Shown here: positions 17,689 through 26,145 of the stretch, in pieces
Layout of the letters: every line of letters starts with the position of its first letter
Numbering within the stretch: position 1 is the first letter of the stretch
Source: Bacteroidia bacterium
GTDB lineage: Bacteria > Bacteroidota > Bacteroidia > UKL13-3
DNA length: 64,000 nt
Direction of reading: 5' to 3'
Assembly (NCBI GenBank): GCA_044353855.1
Contig: JBILBF010000001.1
Coordinates: forward strand, 54,462-118,461
The notes under the pieces: model-generated
What the model was told of the DNA's origin: nothing
Databases searched by the model: none
Seen by the model: only the letters and a program-made list of their open reading frames with translations
Position numbers and translations under genes: made by a program

Positions 17689-19614
17689 TTGATAACATTT
17701 AACGAACTAGGTTTAGACACGTCCGTTCTAAGCGCAATCTCTGAGTTAGGGTTTACCAACCCAACTCCAGTTCAGGAACAGTCCATTCCTGTATTTTTAG
17801 AGACCGAAAGAGACATTTTGGCCCTTGCACAAACCGGAACCGGTAAAACAGCAGCATTCGGCTTGCCACTATTGCAAAAGATTGACTTCAACAGCAAAAC
17901 AACGCAAGCACTTATTATTTGTCCTACACGTGAGCTTTGCCTCCAAATTTCCAAAGACCTTGGAAACTATAGCAAATTCATCAAAGGTGTAAATATTGCA
18001 GCCGTTTATGGAGGTTCTAGTATTACCCAACAAATTGATCAACTCAGAAGAGGTGCACAAATTATTGTAGCTACTCCCGGAAGATTAATGGATTTGATGG
18101 ATCGCAAAGCAGTAAAAATCCAAAGCATACAATTTGTTGTATTGGATGAAGCAGATGAAATGCTGAACATGGGTTTTAGAGACGATATTGAACAAATATT
18201 ATCTGTAACACCATCCGAAAAACGCGTTGCATTGTTTAGTGCTACCATGCCTAAGCAAGTAAAACAAATTGCCGATGTGTATTTAAAAGACCCAGTAGAA
18301 ATTACGGTAGGTCGTAAAAACACAGCCAACGAAAACATTACCCACGAATACGCAGTAGTGCATGCAAAAGATAAAGTTGCTGCCCTCAAACGTGTATTGG
18401 ATTACACCAGCGACCATTTTTATGGTATTGTATTTTGCCAAACCAAAAACGAAACACAAGATATTAGCGATAAGTTAATACGTGAAGGATACAATGCCGA
18501 TTGTTTACACGGTGACCTTAGCCAAGGCCAACGGGAAAAAGTAATGAGCCGTTTCCGTCACCATGCTATCAAAATATTATTAGCAACGGATGTAGCCGCT
18601 CGTGGTATTGATGTAACCGGTATTACTCACGTAATCCATTACCATTTACCTGATGATAACGAAAACTATACACACCGCAGCGGCCGTACGGCACGTGCTG
18701 GTAAAACAGGTATTTCGTTTACCTTATTAAACATGCGCGAGCAATACCGCTTGCGTGAAATAGAACGTTTAATTGGTACCCAGTTTAAGAAAATTTTAAT
18801 CCCTTCGGCTACCGAAGTGCGTGATAAAAAATTAATTGCCTTTACCGATACCATCAAAAATTGTGAAATTGAAGAATCCATTTTTGATAAAACAGTTTTG
18901 GACGGATTAGAGCCATTAATGGAACTCAGCAAAGAAGAGTTAGTTAAAAAAATGCTATCGCTTGAATTGCGCAGATTCTCTGATGAATACCTAAACGCTC
19001 CTGACTTAAACGTACAAGAGCGTTCGGCTGCAGGAAGAGATAGCAGAGATTCAAGAAGTGGAGACCGTGAGCCAAGAGAACGTGCATATGGATCAAGCCA
19101 AGGCACGCGCTTATTTGTGAGCATAGGCCAAAAAGATGGTTTGGATATTGAAACATTAAAAAACTTTATCACTACAACTACAGGAATGACTCCAGCAGCC
19201 ATTCACCGAGTAGACGTTAAAGGAGTATATTCATTTGTAAATGTTGATGCCGAAAGTGTAGATACCGTAATGAAATCACTTCACGGAAGTGAGTTTAAAG
19301 GTCGTCCAGTTCGTGTTGAAATCTCTGGAGATACACAAGATTCAGGTCGTACACGTAGTTCATCATCAAGAGGTGGATATGGTGGCGGTGGAGACCGTGG
19401 TGGAAGCCGCGGAGGTGATAGAGGCGGAAGCGGAAGATCATATGGAGGCGGTGGAGACCGAGGTGGAGATAGAAGACGCAGCGAAGGTGGAAGCTCATCA
19501 TATGGTGGTGGCGAAAGAAGACGCAGTGAAGGGGGAAGTTCATCATACGGTGGAGGCGAACGCAGAAGAAGTGAAGGAAGCGGTGGCGGAGAGCGCAGAA
19601 GAAGATCATACTAA
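17689..19614 (+). CDS. deaD: DEAD-box ATP-dependent RNA helicase (DeaD/CsdA-like) with an Arg/Gly/Ser-rich repetitive C-terminal tail
   Basis: Q-motif region; Walker A AQTGTGKT; DEAD (VLDEADEM); SAT; HRSGRTARAG. DbpA-like RNA-binding domain. Tail GGYGGGGDRGGSRGGDRGG...(GGSSSYGGGERRRSEG)x3. Confidence 0.9.
   Translation: MITFNELGLDTSVLSAISELGFTNPTPVQEQSIPVFLETERDILALAQTGTGKTAAFGLPLLQKIDFNSKTTQALIICPTRELCLQISKDLGNYSKFIKGVNIAAVYGGSSITQQIDQLRRGAQIIVATPGRLMDLMDRKAVKIQSIQFVVLDEADEMLNMGFRDDIEQILSVTPSEKRVALFSATMPKQVKQIADVYLKDPVEITVGRKNTANENITHEYAVVHAKDKVAALKRVLDYTSDHFYGIVFCQTKNETQDISDKLIREGYNADCLHGDLSQGQREKVMSRFRHHAIKILLATDVAARGIDVTGITHVIHYHLPDDNENYTHRSGRTARAGKTGISFTLLNMREQYRLREIERLIGTQFKKILIPSATEVRDKKLIAFTDTIKNCEIEESIFDKTVLDGLEPLMELSKEELVKKMLSLELRRFSDEYLNAPDLNVQERSAAGRDSRDSRSGDREPRERAYGSSQGTRLFVSIGQKDGLDIETLKNFITTTTGMTPAAIHRVDVKGVYSFVNVDAESVDTVMKSLHGSEFKGRPVRVEISGDTQDSGRTRSSSSRGGYGGGGDRGGSRGGDRGGSGRSYGGGGDRGGDRRRSEGGSSSYGGGERRRSEGGSSSYGGGERRRSEGSGGGERRRRSY
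19366..19611 (+). repeat. Coding tandem repeat (period about 48 nt) that encodes the RGG/GGSSSYGGGERRRSEG tail of DeaD
   Basis: Near-identical 48-nt units are visible at 19470-19610. This is low-complexity Gly/Arg/Ser coding sequence. Confidence 0.7.
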
Positions 19615-19630
19615 CTATAAATAGTTAACC
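19612..19630. repeat. Left copy of a perfect 19-bp direct repeat TAACTATAAATAGTTAACC (palindromic core TAACTAT-AA-ATAGTTA)
   Basis: Identical 19-mer at 20538-20556. It contains the deaD stop codon, and has stop codons in all three forward frames and in two reverse frames. Confidence 0.85.
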
Positions 19631-19631
19631 T

Positions 19632-19663
19632 AAAATGCCGATGTAACAGTCGGCATTTTTTTT
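19632..19663 (+). terminator. Rho-independent terminator after deaD
   Basis: AAA ATGCCGA tgtaacag TCGGCAT TTTTTTT: a 7-bp stem plus T-run. Confidence 0.8.
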
Positions 19664-19827
19664 GCTTAAATATTAGGGAAAATTGCTGCTGTGGATGTTC
19701 GTATGAGTCTAAATCTATATTATTAGAACTAAACTAAGCAGTTAATATTACAAACCACTGTACGTTTATTTTTTTTTACGATTAAAAAATAATTACAATT
19801 GGTATTACTTTGCCAAAAATATTTTTT

Positions 19828-20550
19828 ATGAAAAAAATTATACTCGTTATTCTCTTTATGTCAACAGCTATAATAAGCAATGCTCAAGTTAACATCTATC
19901 CTTCCTCATCAGGCGAAATGATATTTTCATTTGCTAAAATAAAGAAGGATGGAAATAATATTGAAAGTAATTTACGCTGGTCGCCTGTATTTAATTTTCA
20001 ATCTTTATTGAATTATGATATTGGGAAAACAGTTGGTTTTTTTCATGGTATTGGTATTCGTAATGTTGGTTTTATTTATGACCAAAGTGCTGATACCATG
20101 AAAAAATTTAGAACGTATAATTTGGGAATTCCAGTAGGTATTAAATTAGGAAATTTAGGAAAAGGCCTTTTTATATACGGAGGGTATGAGTTTGAAATGC
20201 CATTTAACTACAAAGAAAAAACGTTTGTGAACGAAGATAAAAAGGATAAAATAGTTGTTTGGTTTAGCAATCGCACCAACTGGTATACTCAATCATTGTT
20301 TGTTGGATTAAACTTTCCAGGTGGCTTCAATCTTAAATTCAAATATTATATCAATGAGTTTTTTAATAAAAACTATACCGAAGCACAAAATGGTAATCAA
20401 ACCAAACCTTTTGAAAATTTCAATGCCAATGTATTTTATATAGCCTTGGATTGGAATATGTTTAAAGACTTGAATAGTTACAAAAAAAATCCGTCAAAAA
20501 AAGCAAAGCCAGAAAATAAAGAAGAGCGTTTTAGCTATAACTATAAATAG
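19828..20550 (+). CDS. Hypothetical secreted/outer-membrane protein (beta-rich, Lys/Asn/Tyr/Phe-rich)
   Basis: The ORF track gives 19810; the MKKIILVILFMSTAIISNA|Q signal peptide begins at 19828. No recognisable catalytic motifs. The gene and its promoter region are bracketed by the 19-bp direct repeat. Confidence 0.5.
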   Translation: MKKIILVILFMSTAIISNAQVNIYPSSSGEMIFSFAKIKKDGNNIESNLRWSPVFNFQSLLNYDIGKTVGFFHGIGIRNVGFIYDQSADTMKKFRTYNLGIPVGIKLGNLGKGLFIYGGYEFEMPFNYKEKTFVNEDKKDKIVVWFSNRTNWYTQSLFVGLNFPGGFNLKFKYYINEFFNKNYTEAQNGNQTKPFENFNANVFYIALDWNMFKDLNSYKKNPSKKAKPENKEERFSYNYK

Positions 20551-20556
20551 TTAACC
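20538..20556. repeat. Right copy of the 19-bp direct repeat TAACTATAAATAGTTAACC
   Basis: Exact match to 19612-19630. It supplies the TAG stop of the 19828-20550 gene and the TAA stop (reverse strand) of the lutB-like gene. Confidence 0.85.
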
Positions 20557-21921
20557 GCCAAAATTTTCTCGCCATTGTTGGTTAAACGATTTTTCAGCAA
20601 GTTTTGGAAACTCTCTTCGTTCGCCCCATGCCGTTTTAAAAAAGGAGTTAAGCATAAACTGTTTAATGGAAGTTCCTTTGTTCATGTTTTTGCGCACAAG
20701 CATTATTTTTTTCCAGCTGTACCACATAAGTTTTTCGCTGTTTTTTATAAATCCTTGGGCAACAACATCCCTTCTATTGCGCAATAAATGGTTGTGTAAA
20801 TCAATTTTAACTGGGCAAACATCAGTACATTTACCACACAAAGAGGATGCAGCACTTAAGTGTTTATGTTCGTCCAAGCCATTTAGGTGAGGTGTGATAA
20901 CAGCTCCAATGGGCCCACTGTATGTAGTATTGTATGCATGTCCACCGATGGTTTTAAAAACAGGGCAAACATTGCTACAGGCACCGCATTTAATACAAGC
21001 CAATGCCTGTCTTTGATCTGGCTGAGCCAGCAAATTACTTCTTCCGTTATCAATTAAAATAACAATAAACTCTTTAGGTCCATCTTCATCGTCTGGTTGA
21101 CGAGGACCTATTATGGTGTTATAAGCAGTAAGTTGCTGACCCGTACCAAATGTAGAAAGCAAAGGAAGCATCAAGTCCAAATCATTTAGTGTAGGTATTA
21201 CTTTTTCTATACTGGCTAAAACAATATGAGTATTAACAAATGTGGAACTTAACCGAGCATTTCCTTCGTTCTCCGTTATGGATACCATTCCACAATCTGC
21301 TATTAAAAAATTTGCCCCACTAATCCCAATATCCGCTTTAATATAACTTTCCCTTAATTCAGTTCGAACATCATCACTCAACTCTTCTGCTGTTGCATCA
21401 AGTGAAGAACTAATGGATGAATTGAGGAGTTGAGCAATTTCAATTCGGCTTTTATGCATAGCAGGAGTAACGGAATGAAAAGGTGTTTCACCGGCTTTAT
21501 CAACGATAAACTCCCCTAAATCAGTCTCAATAACATCAATTCCTTTTTTTCGCAAATACGCATTTAATCCTATCTCCTCTCCCATTGCAGTTTTGCTTTT
21601 AACTACACGTTCGGATTTTCGTTTGGTTAATAATTGGTCTATTTCGGCTAAAGCAGTAGCAGCATCATTTGCCCATATTACTTTACCCCCTTTACGCAAC
21701 ACACTGGCTTCAAAATCAATTAAGTATTTATCTAAATTTTCAATTACTTTCCAACGAATATAGGCTGCTCGTTCCTTAGCAAGTTCAATATTGGCATATT
21801 GCTTTTTACCTTGCACCAAAGCGTTGTCATACTGTTTTTTAGCATAACCAACCTTAATCTGCATTTCTTTATCAAATGCTGACTGTTCTGTAAGTTGTAT
21901 AAATTCTTCTTGCTTGCGCAT
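20551..21921 (-). CDS. lutB: LutB-like iron-sulfur cluster-binding protein (LUD domain plus two 4Fe-4S ferredoxin-type cysteine clusters)
   Basis: Two ferredoxin-type motifs, CIKCGACSNVCP and CGKCTDVCP, with the LutB/YkgF-like N-terminal domain. No adjacent lutA or lutC. Confidence 0.7.
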   Translation of the reverse strand: MRKQEEFIQLTEQSAFDKEMQIKVGYAKKQYDNALVQGKKQYANIELAKERAAYIRWKVIENLDKYLIDFEASVLRKGGKVIWANDAATALAEIDQLLTKRKSERVVKSKTAMGEEIGLNAYLRKKGIDVIETDLGEFIVDKAGETPFHSVTPAMHKSRIEIAQLLNSSISSSLDATAEELSDDVRTELRESYIKADIGISGANFLIADCGMVSITENEGNARLSSTFVNTHIVLASIEKVIPTLNDLDLMLPLLSTFGTGQQLTAYNTIIGPRQPDDEDGPKEFIVILIDNGRSNLLAQPDQRQALACIKCGACSNVCPVFKTIGGHAYNTTYSGPIGAVITPHLNGLDEHKHLSAASSLCGKCTDVCPVKIDLHNHLLRNRRDVVAQGFIKNSEKLMWYSWKKIMLVRKNMNKGTSIKQFMLNSFFKTAWGERREFPKLAEKSFNQQWRENFGG

Positions 21922-21947
21922 TAAGTCAAAGTAAACACTTTAAAAAC

Positions 21948-22796
21948 TTATTCTCCTATTAAGATATTGTCAATTAACCGCACATTTCCACACCATATTG
22001 CAATTAATGCTACATATTTATGATTTGACAACAACGTTGAAACTTCATCCAATGTTTCAGCATCAACAATTGCTAAATATTCAAGTTGAAGGATATTGCT
22101 TGGGGATAGGATTAGTTGTGCATTAATGAGTAATTGTTCAACCGGTAGTTTAAAAGCTTTTTCTTGTAGTTGAAACAATGCTCTTGAAATCCAAACAGCA
22201 TCTTTTCTTTCAGCTTCATTGAGTCTACTGTTTCGAGAACTCATAGCCAAACCGTCTGATTCACGCAATGTTTCAATTAACACAATGTTTATAGGCATAT
22301 CAAATTCCTTAACCATTTGTTTAATAACTGCGCACTGTTGGTAATCCTTTTTACCAAAAAAAGCATCATCGGGTTCAACGATATCAAACAATTTTTTAAC
22401 AACTGTAATGACACCATCAAAATGGCCAGGTCTTAATAATCCTTCAAGACTTTGCGTTACATTACCCCAATTATAGGTAGATACAACCATTCCTTCTGGA
22501 TACATTTCTGTAGCATTGGGATGAAATAATACATGACAACCTGCTAATTCAAGTTTGACTATATCTTGTTCTATTGTTCGAGGGTACTTGATAAGGTCAT
22601 CGGGATTATTAAACTGAGTGGGATTTACAAAAATACTACATACGGTAATATCGGTTTTGAGTATACTTTGAGCAACTAAAGAAACATGTCCATTATGCAA
22701 TGCTCCCATGGTTGGAACATATCCAATTGACTTTCCAAGGAGCTTTTGAGCAGCCAAATATGCTTTCAGCGGTTTAATTTGGGTGAAGAGAATCAA
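21948..22796 (-). CDS. panC: Pantoate--beta-alanine ligase
   Basis: PTMGALHNGHVSLV (HIGH-type motif) and overall PanC similarity. Confidence 0.9.
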   Translation of the reverse strand: MILFTQIKPLKAYLAAQKLLGKSIGYVPTMGALHNGHVSLVAQSILKTDITVCSIFVNPTQFNNPDDLIKYPRTIEQDIVKLELAGCHVLFHPNATEMYPEGMVVSTYNWGNVTQSLEGLLRPGHFDGVITVVKKLFDIVEPDDAFFGKKDYQQCAVIKQMVKEFDMPINIVLIETLRESDGLAMSSRNSRLNEAERKDAVWISRALFQLQEKAFKLPVEQLLINAQLILSPSNILQLEYLAIVDAETLDEVSTLLSNHKYVALIAIWCGNVRLIDNILIGE

Positions 22797-22912
22797 ACTA
22801 GTATACTAATTATAAGCAAGTTAATGTATTTACACAAAACAAATGGGGCACATATTACTGAATTTCCTTGCAAAAGGCGTAATTTTGTTTACTTTTTTTT
22901 AGCACAAAGTAT

Positions 22913-23731
22913 ATGTCAAAAAAGAAAATACTGTTCATTTCTTCGGAAATGACCCCATTCCTTCAAGTTAGTAGTGTAGGAGAATTAGCCAGAAGACTTC
23001 CACAAGCCATTCAGGAAAAAGACAATGAAATTCGGGTGTTAATGCCTCGTTTCGGTTGTATTAACGAACGTAGAAATCGCCTTCATGAGGTAGTTCGACT
23101 TTCAGGAATTAATATCACCATAGATGATAACGATAATCCATTGACCATTAAAGTTGCATCCTTGCAAGAAGCCAAAATGCAAGTTTACTTTTTAGACAAT
23201 GAAGATTATTTTCACCGTAAGTTTGTGTATACTGATGAAAACAATAAGTTTTTTGGTGACAATGACGAACGAACCATCTTTTTTTGTAAAGGAGCATTGG
23301 AAACGGTAAAAAAACTAGGCTGGCAACCCGATATTATTCATTGCCATGGTTGGATGACAAGTTTGATTCCATTGTATATGAAAACTATATACAAATCGGA
23401 ACCTGTGTTTAAAAATGCTAAAGTTGTGTATTCAGTGTTCGAAACACAATTTGAATCTAACTTAGGCAAAGAATTTGCCCGTAAAGCAAGTTTAAATACC
23501 ATTGATAATAAACAAACATCATGCTTAAGTGATTCATCATGCTCGGGCTTATATATGAGTGGAATAACGCATGCTGATGCCGTTGTTAAATGTAGTGACG
23601 AAATTGCTCCAGAAGTAACTACTTTTATGAAAAAGCAAAAGGGCAAAATCATGATGGAACATAATAATGAAGAAGGATACGTTGAAGAATATATTAAACT
23701 TTATGATAGTTTGCTTCAAAGACAGAATTAG
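22913..23731 (+). CDS. Truncated glycogen/starch-synthase-like protein (GT5 N-terminal domain only, about 270 aa)
   Basis: KILFISSEMTPF..VGEL..LP (the GlgA N-terminal ADP-glucose-binding-domain signature) and HCHGWMTSLIPLYMK. It lacks the C-terminal GT1 half of full-length GlgA, which is about 480 aa. Divergent from panC. Confidence 0.6.
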   Translation: MSKKKILFISSEMTPFLQVSSVGELARRLPQAIQEKDNEIRVLMPRFGCINERRNRLHEVVRLSGINITIDDNDNPLTIKVASLQEAKMQVYFLDNEDYFHRKFVYTDENNKFFGDNDERTIFFCKGALETVKKLGWQPDIIHCHGWMTSLIPLYMKTIYKSEPVFKNAKVVYSVFETQFESNLGKEFARKASLNTIDNKQTSCLSDSSCSGLYMSGITHADAVVKCSDEIAPEVTTFMKKQKGKIMMEHNNEEGYVEEYIKLYDSLLQRQN

Positions 23732-25061
23732 TCCTTTTTCACTTTTACTATTTGTTTGTACGGTGTTTACTTTTTCTTCTTGCCTTAAAAAAGAAGATAC
23801 AGTAGGTGATGATTTTGTTGGTGCAATAGTTGGTTTTGATGTTCAATCATCTGATACATCTACCCTTGTAGCATATACCTCCCAAGATGATTCGGTTAAT
23901 ACCCGATTATTGACATATTACTATTTAGGAAAAATGAATGATGCTGATTTAGGCATTGCTACTTCGTCCATTATCACGCAATTTTCATTACCCATTCTTG
24001 GCAATTCGTATGACAATATTACAGCCAAAATAGATTCTATAGTTGTTCAGCTTAAGTATTTTAGAAATACTTCTTATTATGGAAATCAACAATCCATTCA
24101 GGAATTTACGGTATACCAATTGGCCGAAAATCTAAATTATGATAGTGTATTTCGCTCGAACAGAAACTATGTATATGATGCAACTAAACCATTAGGTTCA
24201 ACTCAAACCTCATTTAACCATATGGAAGATTCCATAAAGTTTAAATTGGGAAGTTCGTTAGTTGCTTTACCGGGTCATATGCGCATCAATATTAGTGATC
24301 CCTCTTTTATTCAATTTGTTAAAAATGCTCCCAACAGTGTATTTGCAAATGATGCAGCATTTATAGCTTATTTTAAAGGCCTTATAATTATTCCTACAAC
24401 AAACCCATTGGGTTTAAATGAGGGGGCTATTGCCAATATTGACTTGCGAAACGACAATTTTAACAGAAATACGATTTCATCTGTTGTTGTATATTATAAC
24501 GATAGTTTAAGTGCTTCATTTCCTATTTATAATGATGTAAACATACGTCTCAATCAATTTAAACATCAACATACCATAACCATTCCTGTTCAACCTCTGC
24601 TAGGAGGAAGCCATCAAAACATAAATTATGTAAAAGGAAATGCTGGACTCAAAACACGCATCCTCATTCCACATTTATTTGATTATATAAAAAATAAAAA
24701 TATTGCCATTTCTAAGGCTGAACTGATTGTAACAGCTGCAAATGCTAGAGATAATGCACCTTTCGAACTAAGCCCTGTGTTGAGTTTATATGATTCGGAC
24801 GAGAATGGAAGAACAACATTTATTAGAGATTATAATCCGTTTACAGATAGTAGAAATTATTATGGAGGAATAGAGAATAATAACACCTATTCGTTTACCA
24901 TTACAAAACATATCCAACAGTTATTCAAACAATATCAAGAGCTTGGCGTTAACCAAAATTATGGACTCAATTTATTTGTTTCTTCCGATCCATATCGCGT
25001 AATTTTGGATACAAGTCCAGGTAAACTAAAACTTAAGCTAAGCTACACTGTTATCAAATAA
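23703..25061 (+). CDS. Hypothetical lipoprotein (possibly the DUF4270 family)
   Basis: Lipoprotein signal LLLFVCTVFTFSS|C. The ORF track starts at 23667, but the internal Met at 23703 gives a standard-length signal peptide. No catalytic motifs. The family assignment is from memory only. Confidence 0.45.
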   Translation: MIVCFKDRISPFSLLLFVCTVFTFSSCLKKEDTVGDDFVGAIVGFDVQSSDTSTLVAYTSQDDSVNTRLLTYYYLGKMNDADLGIATSSIITQFSLPILGNSYDNITAKIDSIVVQLKYFRNTSYYGNQQSIQEFTVYQLAENLNYDSVFRSNRNYVYDATKPLGSTQTSFNHMEDSIKFKLGSSLVALPGHMRINISDPSFIQFVKNAPNSVFANDAAFIAYFKGLIIIPTTNPLGLNEGAIANIDLRNDNFNRNTISSVVVYYNDSLSASFPIYNDVNIRLNQFKHQHTITIPVQPLLGGSHQNINYVKGNAGLKTRILIPHLFDYIKNKNIAISKAELIVTAANARDNAPFELSPVLSLYDSDENGRTTFIRDYNPFTDSRNYYGGIENNNTYSFTITKHIQQLFKQYQELGVNQNYGLNLFVSSDPYRVILDTSPGKLKLKLSYTVIK

Positions 25062-25063
25062 AC

Positions 25064-26092
25064 ATGATTATTAAGGTAAATACTTCCATTGAAAATGAGC
25101 TGGGCGAGCTGTTCAATTATTTGAAAATAGAGTCACCTTATTTTCGTTTTATTCCCAATCAAAAAATTGTTATAGCACCACGGTTTAATAAAGCACAACA
25201 CATACAACATATGTCAGGTGTTATTGAAACCATTGATATTGAAACACCTTACCAACTTGCAAGCAATAGCTGGAAAAAAAGCACACAATTTGAGATAAAA
25301 AACATACCCATGGGTGGCGAATTATTCAATATTATTGCTGGTCCATGTAGTGTAGAAAGCGAAGATCATATTTTTAAAACAGCTGAATTTTTACACAAAT
25401 TAGGCATAAAGTTTATACGTGGTGGAGCATACAAACCTCGTACTTCTCCATACTCATTTATGGGTTTGGGTAAAAAAGGATTGCAATATTTACACCAAGC
25501 AGCTAAACAATATGACCTGAGGGTGGTAACCGAAATAATGGATTTGAGTTTATTAGATGAAGTACTTGAATACTCTGATATTTTGCAAGTTGGAAGCCGC
25601 AACATGCATAACTTTTTTATGCTAAACGAGCTAGGAAAACTTACTAAACCGATTATGCTCAAACGAGGTATGCAAGCAAAAGTAACAGAATGGCTATTGG
25701 CTGCAGAATATATATTAAGTGGCGGAAATGAAAAAGTAATATTGTGCGAAAGGGGGATTCGCAGCTTTGATCCAGAAAGTAGAAATGTGATGGATATAGG
25801 TATTATTCCATTAATTAAGGAACTAAGCCATTTACCTATCATAGCAGATCCTAGTCATGGAACAGGAGCTTCATCCCGTGTAGAAGCGATGGCATTAGCA
25901 AGCACAGCAGCAGGAGCCAATGGATTAATGATAGAAATACATCCTGAACCGAAAAAAGCACTCTCTGATAGCGCTCAAGCTATTTCGTTTGAACAATTTG
26001 AAACGTTACTTGTAAAAGTTGGGGTCTTATTGGGTTCATTCAACCAATTAGCCGATAACTCAACTCCAATTTTGAAACTACAAACATTATAG
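25064..26092 (+). CDS. aroF: 3-deoxy-7-phosphoheptulonate (DAHP) synthase, AroF/KDO8PS-like class, with an N-terminal regulatory extension of about 85 aa
   Basis: Core IAGPCSVES, KPRTSPYSFMGLG and ADPSHGTG motifs. The N-terminal extension is the type seen in Bacteroidetes/Thermotoga-type DAHP synthases. Confidence 0.8.
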   Translation: MIIKVNTSIENELGELFNYLKIESPYFRFIPNQKIVIAPRFNKAQHIQHMSGVIETIDIETPYQLASNSWKKSTQFEIKNIPMGGELFNIIAGPCSVESEDHIFKTAEFLHKLGIKFIRGGAYKPRTSPYSFMGLGKKGLQYLHQAAKQYDLRVVTEIMDLSLLDEVLEYSDILQVGSRNMHNFFMLNELGKLTKPIMLKRGMQAKVTEWLLAAEYILSGGNEKVILCERGIRSFDPESRNVMDIGIIPLIKELSHLPIIADPSHGTGASSRVEAMALASTAAGANGLMIEIHPEPKKALSDSAQAISFEQFETLLVKVGVLLGSFNQLADNSTPILKLQTL

Positions 26093-26145
26093 TACTTTTG
26101 AGGTAGACCCTCATTTTTTACTTTACTTTATTAATACTATCATAT

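Noticed and set aside
19289-19624. Glu/Val/His-rich 111-aa ORF and its antisense partner overlapping the deaD tail
   Set aside because: They are frame-shifted readings of the GGN/AGA-rich tandem repeat and are fully contained in the well-supported deaD frame.
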